Origin: Octopus sinensis
Lineage: Eukaryota
DNA length: 10,954 nt
Assembly (NCBI RefSeq): GCF_006345805.1
Contig: NW_021827312.1
Span: forward strand, 1 to 10,954
Reading direction: 5' to 3'
Shown: positions 7,792 to 10,954 of the stretch, in pieces
How positions within the stretch are numbered: position 1 is the stretch's first letter
Layout of the letters: each line of letters opens with the position of its first letter
The notes under the pieces: model-generated
The model's input: only the letters and a program-made list of their open reading frames with translations
What the model was told of the DNA's origin: nothing
Databases searched by the model: none
Made by a program: the position numbers and the translations under genes

Positions 7792-7895
7792 AAAGATAGA
7801 TAGATAGATATGTACATAAATGTGTATCCATATAGAAACACATGTGCATGTGTACTCACATACACACAAGCATATATCTTTATATATGTGTGTGT

Positions 7896-7927
<32 letters not shown>

Positions 7928-7995
7928 GGAGAGGTGAGAGACAGAAAGGGAGAGGAAGCAATAGACAGGCAGACGGACAGACTGACGGACACATA
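7426..7995. repeat. Compound microsatellite block (CA, TA, GATA, TG, GA, GACA)
   Basis: Read directly; (GATA)n at ~7697-7810 and (GA)n at ~7906-7926. Confidence 0.93.
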
Positions 7996-8086
7996 CAAAC
8001 ACCTTGGTATGCGTCTGCGTGTGTCTGCGTATTTATCCAGCATTAACTGTGCCAGTGTTTGCATGACGAGGCACGGTGCATATGTA

Positions 8087-9492
8087 TGGTGATGGCGGTG
8101 GCGATGACGATGATGGTGGTGGTGATGGTGATGTTGTTGTTGTTGTGGTGGTGGTGGTGGTGGTGGTGGTGGTGATGGTGTGGCGATAACCATCGGACTG
8201 ATTCTGGTGATGTTTGTTGCGATGGCTGTGGTGGCGGCGTTGGTGGTTGTTGTCATAATGATTGTTGATAATGGCTGACGTTGGTCGGTCTTTGCTGACG
8301 GTTCTTGTTGCTGTTTGACGCCATTGCCGTCGTGGTCGTTGTAGTCATTGCTGTGGTTGGCGGGGGCGGCAGGGGCGGTGGTGGCGGCGTCGGTGGTGGT
8401 GGTGGCGGTGGTAGCGGTGGTTGTGGTGGTGGTGGCCTTGGCGGCGGCGGCGGCGGTGGTGGTGGTGGCGGTGATGCTGGCGGCGGTGGTGGTGGTGGTG
8501 GCGGTGGTGGTAGTGGTGGTGGTGGTGGTGACGGTGGTGGTGGTGATGATGGCGGCGGTGGCGGTGGTGGCTGTTGTGGTGGCGGCGATGGTGGTGATGA
8601 TGGCGGCGGTGGCGGCGGTTGTGGTGGTTGTGGTGGTGGTGCTTCGTTGAAGATAAACCTGATGTTTGGGCTTTTGGTGATTGATGTAGATGTTGATGGT
8701 TGAGGTGATGGTAGTGAGTGGTGAGGGATAAATGGTGATGGCTGAGGAGAACTGGGAATGCAATTGTGGTTGTGCTTGTGGTTGTGGTGTGCTTGTGGTT
8801 GTGGTTGCGGCGTTGGTTGCAGTGGTGCGTGTTGTGGTGTTCGGGGTGGTGGCTGTAGTAGCAGTAGTGGTATGTGGTAGTTGCGTGTGTATTACAAGTG
8901 TCATACATGTTGTGCTGGTGGATGGAACTGAAGGCGGTTCTTGTCGGTTATGGTCCCTGCGGTGGTGGTGGTAGTGGTGGTGGTGAAGATGGTGGTGGAG
9001 CTGATGGTGATGATGGTGGTGGTTGGTGATTATGGTGATAGTCGTGGTGGTGGTGGTGGTGGTGGTGATGATTGTGGTGGTAGTGGTGGTGGTGGTGGTG
9101 TGGTGGTGATGATGGTGGTGGTGGTGGTGATCGTGGAGGTGGTGGTGGTGGTAGTGGTAGTGGTGGTTGGTGTTTATGGTGATAGTCATGGTCGTGGTGG
9201 TGGTGGTGATGATTGTGGTGGTGGTAGTGATGGTGGTGGTGCTGATGGTGATGATGATGATGGTAGTGGTGGTTGCCGATGGTGGTGGCGTTAGTGGTGG
9301 TTATGGTGATAGTTGCGGTGGTGGTGTTGGTGGTAGTGATTGTTGTTGTTGTTGTGGTGTTGGTGGTGGTGATGATGGTGTTGGTGGTGGTAGCAGTGAT
9401 GCTGGTAGCGGTGGTGATATTGGCAGTGATGGTAGTTGTGGTGGTTCAAAGAAGGATGTGGGAATGAACGCATGTGATGGTAGTGGTGGTGT
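8087..9492. repeat. ~1.4 kb degenerate trinucleotide (GGT/GGC/GAT/GTT)n low-complexity tract
   Basis: GGT-dominated throughout with short less-repetitive islands. Generates many overlapping G/V- or H/T/P-rich ORFs on both strands. Confidence 0.93.
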
Positions 9493-9841
9493 TTAGCTCG
9501 TGTCGGTGCTGCTTCGTCTAAGTGGTGTTTAAGATGATGTTCACGCAGCACTGAGGTGCTTCGATGGTTCTCAGGTGATGGTGGTCTTTACATTGTCACA
9601 TGGTGTTTAGGCGGTGTGGTGAGGTTTGGCGATGTGTTTAGATGAGTAATAGTGTTTAGGTGTTACGGTAGTAGTTTAAAGAAGTTTAGACGATGCTGAC
9701 ATGTTTAGGTGATGAAGAGGGGGAGAGGAATAGGAGGGGATAGTCTTGGTGATGGAGCTATCCATGCTGCTGAAAATGTATGTGTATATATGTATGTATA
9801 TATATATGTGTGTGTGTATGTATGCAGATGTGTGTGCGTAT

Positions 9842-10295
9842 GTAGGAGTGGCTGTGTGGTAAGTTGCTTGCTTACCAACCACATGGTTCCGGGCTCAGTC
9901 CCACTGCGTGGCACCTTGGGCAAGTGTCTTCTACTATAGCCTCTGGCCGACCAAAGCCTTGTGAGTGGATTTGGTAGACGGAAACTGAAAGAAACCCGTC
10001 GTATATATGTATTTATATATATATATGTGTGTGTGTGTATGTGTGTGTGTATATATGTTTGTGTGTCTGTGTTTGTCCACCACCCCCAAGCATCGCTTGA
10101 CAACTGATGCTGGTGTGTTTACGTCCCCGTAACTTAGCGGTTCGGCAAAAGTTACGGGGACGTAACAATAAGTACTAGGCTTACAAAGAATAAGTCCTGG
10201 GGTCGATTTGCTCGGCTAAAAGGCGGCGCTCCAGCATGGCCACAGTCAAATGACTGAAACAAGTAAAAGAGTAAAAGAGTAAAAGAGTAAAAGTA
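9842..10295 (+). mobile_element. Full-length tRNA-derived SINE, copy 2, with (GAGTAAAA)n tail
   Basis: Same head, body and tail as 5351-5805. A-box TGGCTGTGTGG (9849-9859), B-box with a T>C change (GGCTCAGTCCC), internal TA/TG tract at 10002-10055, and an 8 bp tandem tail AGTAAAAG x~4. Confidence 0.92.
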
Positions 10296-10620
10296 TACAT
10301 ACATACATACATACATAAATACATATATACATAATATATATATAATATCTATAATTATATATATATATATAAGTAATATATATTATATATATAAATATAT
10401 AGATATTTATACACACAGGCCCATAGACAGTTTGTACATTATGAATATAAATATACATATATAATATATATATATATATACACGCACAAACATTTGTATA
10501 CGTAGCATAAATAAACACACACGCATATGTTCATAAATGCATGCATGCATATACACTCACACATACGCACACTGCATATATGCCACCGTATGCCTGTACA
10601 TATGCATTCATAGATGGAGG
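10296..10620. repeat. AT-rich (CATA)/(TA)/(CA) low-complexity tract
   Basis: Read directly. Confidence 0.88.
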
Positions 10621-10712
10621 TGTTGATAGTTTCGCTAACACAGATGATGGAGTAATGTTTGTGCTGTGGCAGTTGACATTGCAACGATGCTGTTGTTGCT
10701 GTTATTGTTGCT

Positions 10713-10778
10713 AATGGTGGTGGTGGTGGTGGTGGTGGTGGTGATGGTGGTGGTGGTGGTGGTTGTGGTGGCGGCGGC
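10713..10778. repeat. (GGT)n trinucleotide microsatellite
   Basis: Read directly. Confidence 0.95.
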
Positions 10779-10954
10779 ATAGAACGTGATTACCCATGAG
10801 TCATCATATTTTTCGAAAATCCTCTTATTGATTGGTTAGTGACCGTAAAGGTTATTATTGAGTAATGGCGTCATCCACTAGCGCCCTCTACCATCCATCC
10901 ATCCATACACCAACTCCACTAAACCCACTCCACACTACAAACAGACATGCGCAG

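Noticed and set aside
7618-9551. 523 aa minus-strand ORF and overlapping G/V/H-rich ORFs as a CDS call
   Set aside because: Base composition makes stops rare. The residue runs switch among T, H and P as expected from random indels, and the C-terminus is microsatellite. No domain is recognisable.

Overview
Repeat-dense, AT-rich non-coding animal DNA (intergenic or intronic). It is most likely octopus or another coleoid cephalopod, inferred from my recollection of the tRNA-derived SINE family present twice (5351-5805, 9842-10295); I did not search a database. No intact protein-coding gene is supported, and nearly all listed ORFs are microsatellite or low-complexity artefacts. Between the simple repeats are several transposon fossils that the ORF track misses: (i) the 3' end of an RTE-type LINE ORF2 on the minus strand (~1310-2170), split by a hAT-type MITE (1712-1960) and carrying an internal 20-22 bp minisatellite; (ii) a second, older tRNA/CORE-like SINE (~2546-2790); (iii) a decayed Penelope-like GIY-YIG endonuclease (~5810-6310, + strand). 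The most unusual element is a 451 bp near-complete palindrome (2891-3341, ~85% arm identity, 8 nt loop). Each arm carries the conserved nucleotides of a Penelope-type minimal type I hammerhead ribozyme with an atypical 105 nt helix II insert. The core is intact (GUA) on the minus-strand copy and mutated (GCA) on the plus-strand copy. The second SINE copy also shows a clear template-switch mutation that created a new 17 bp hairpin.
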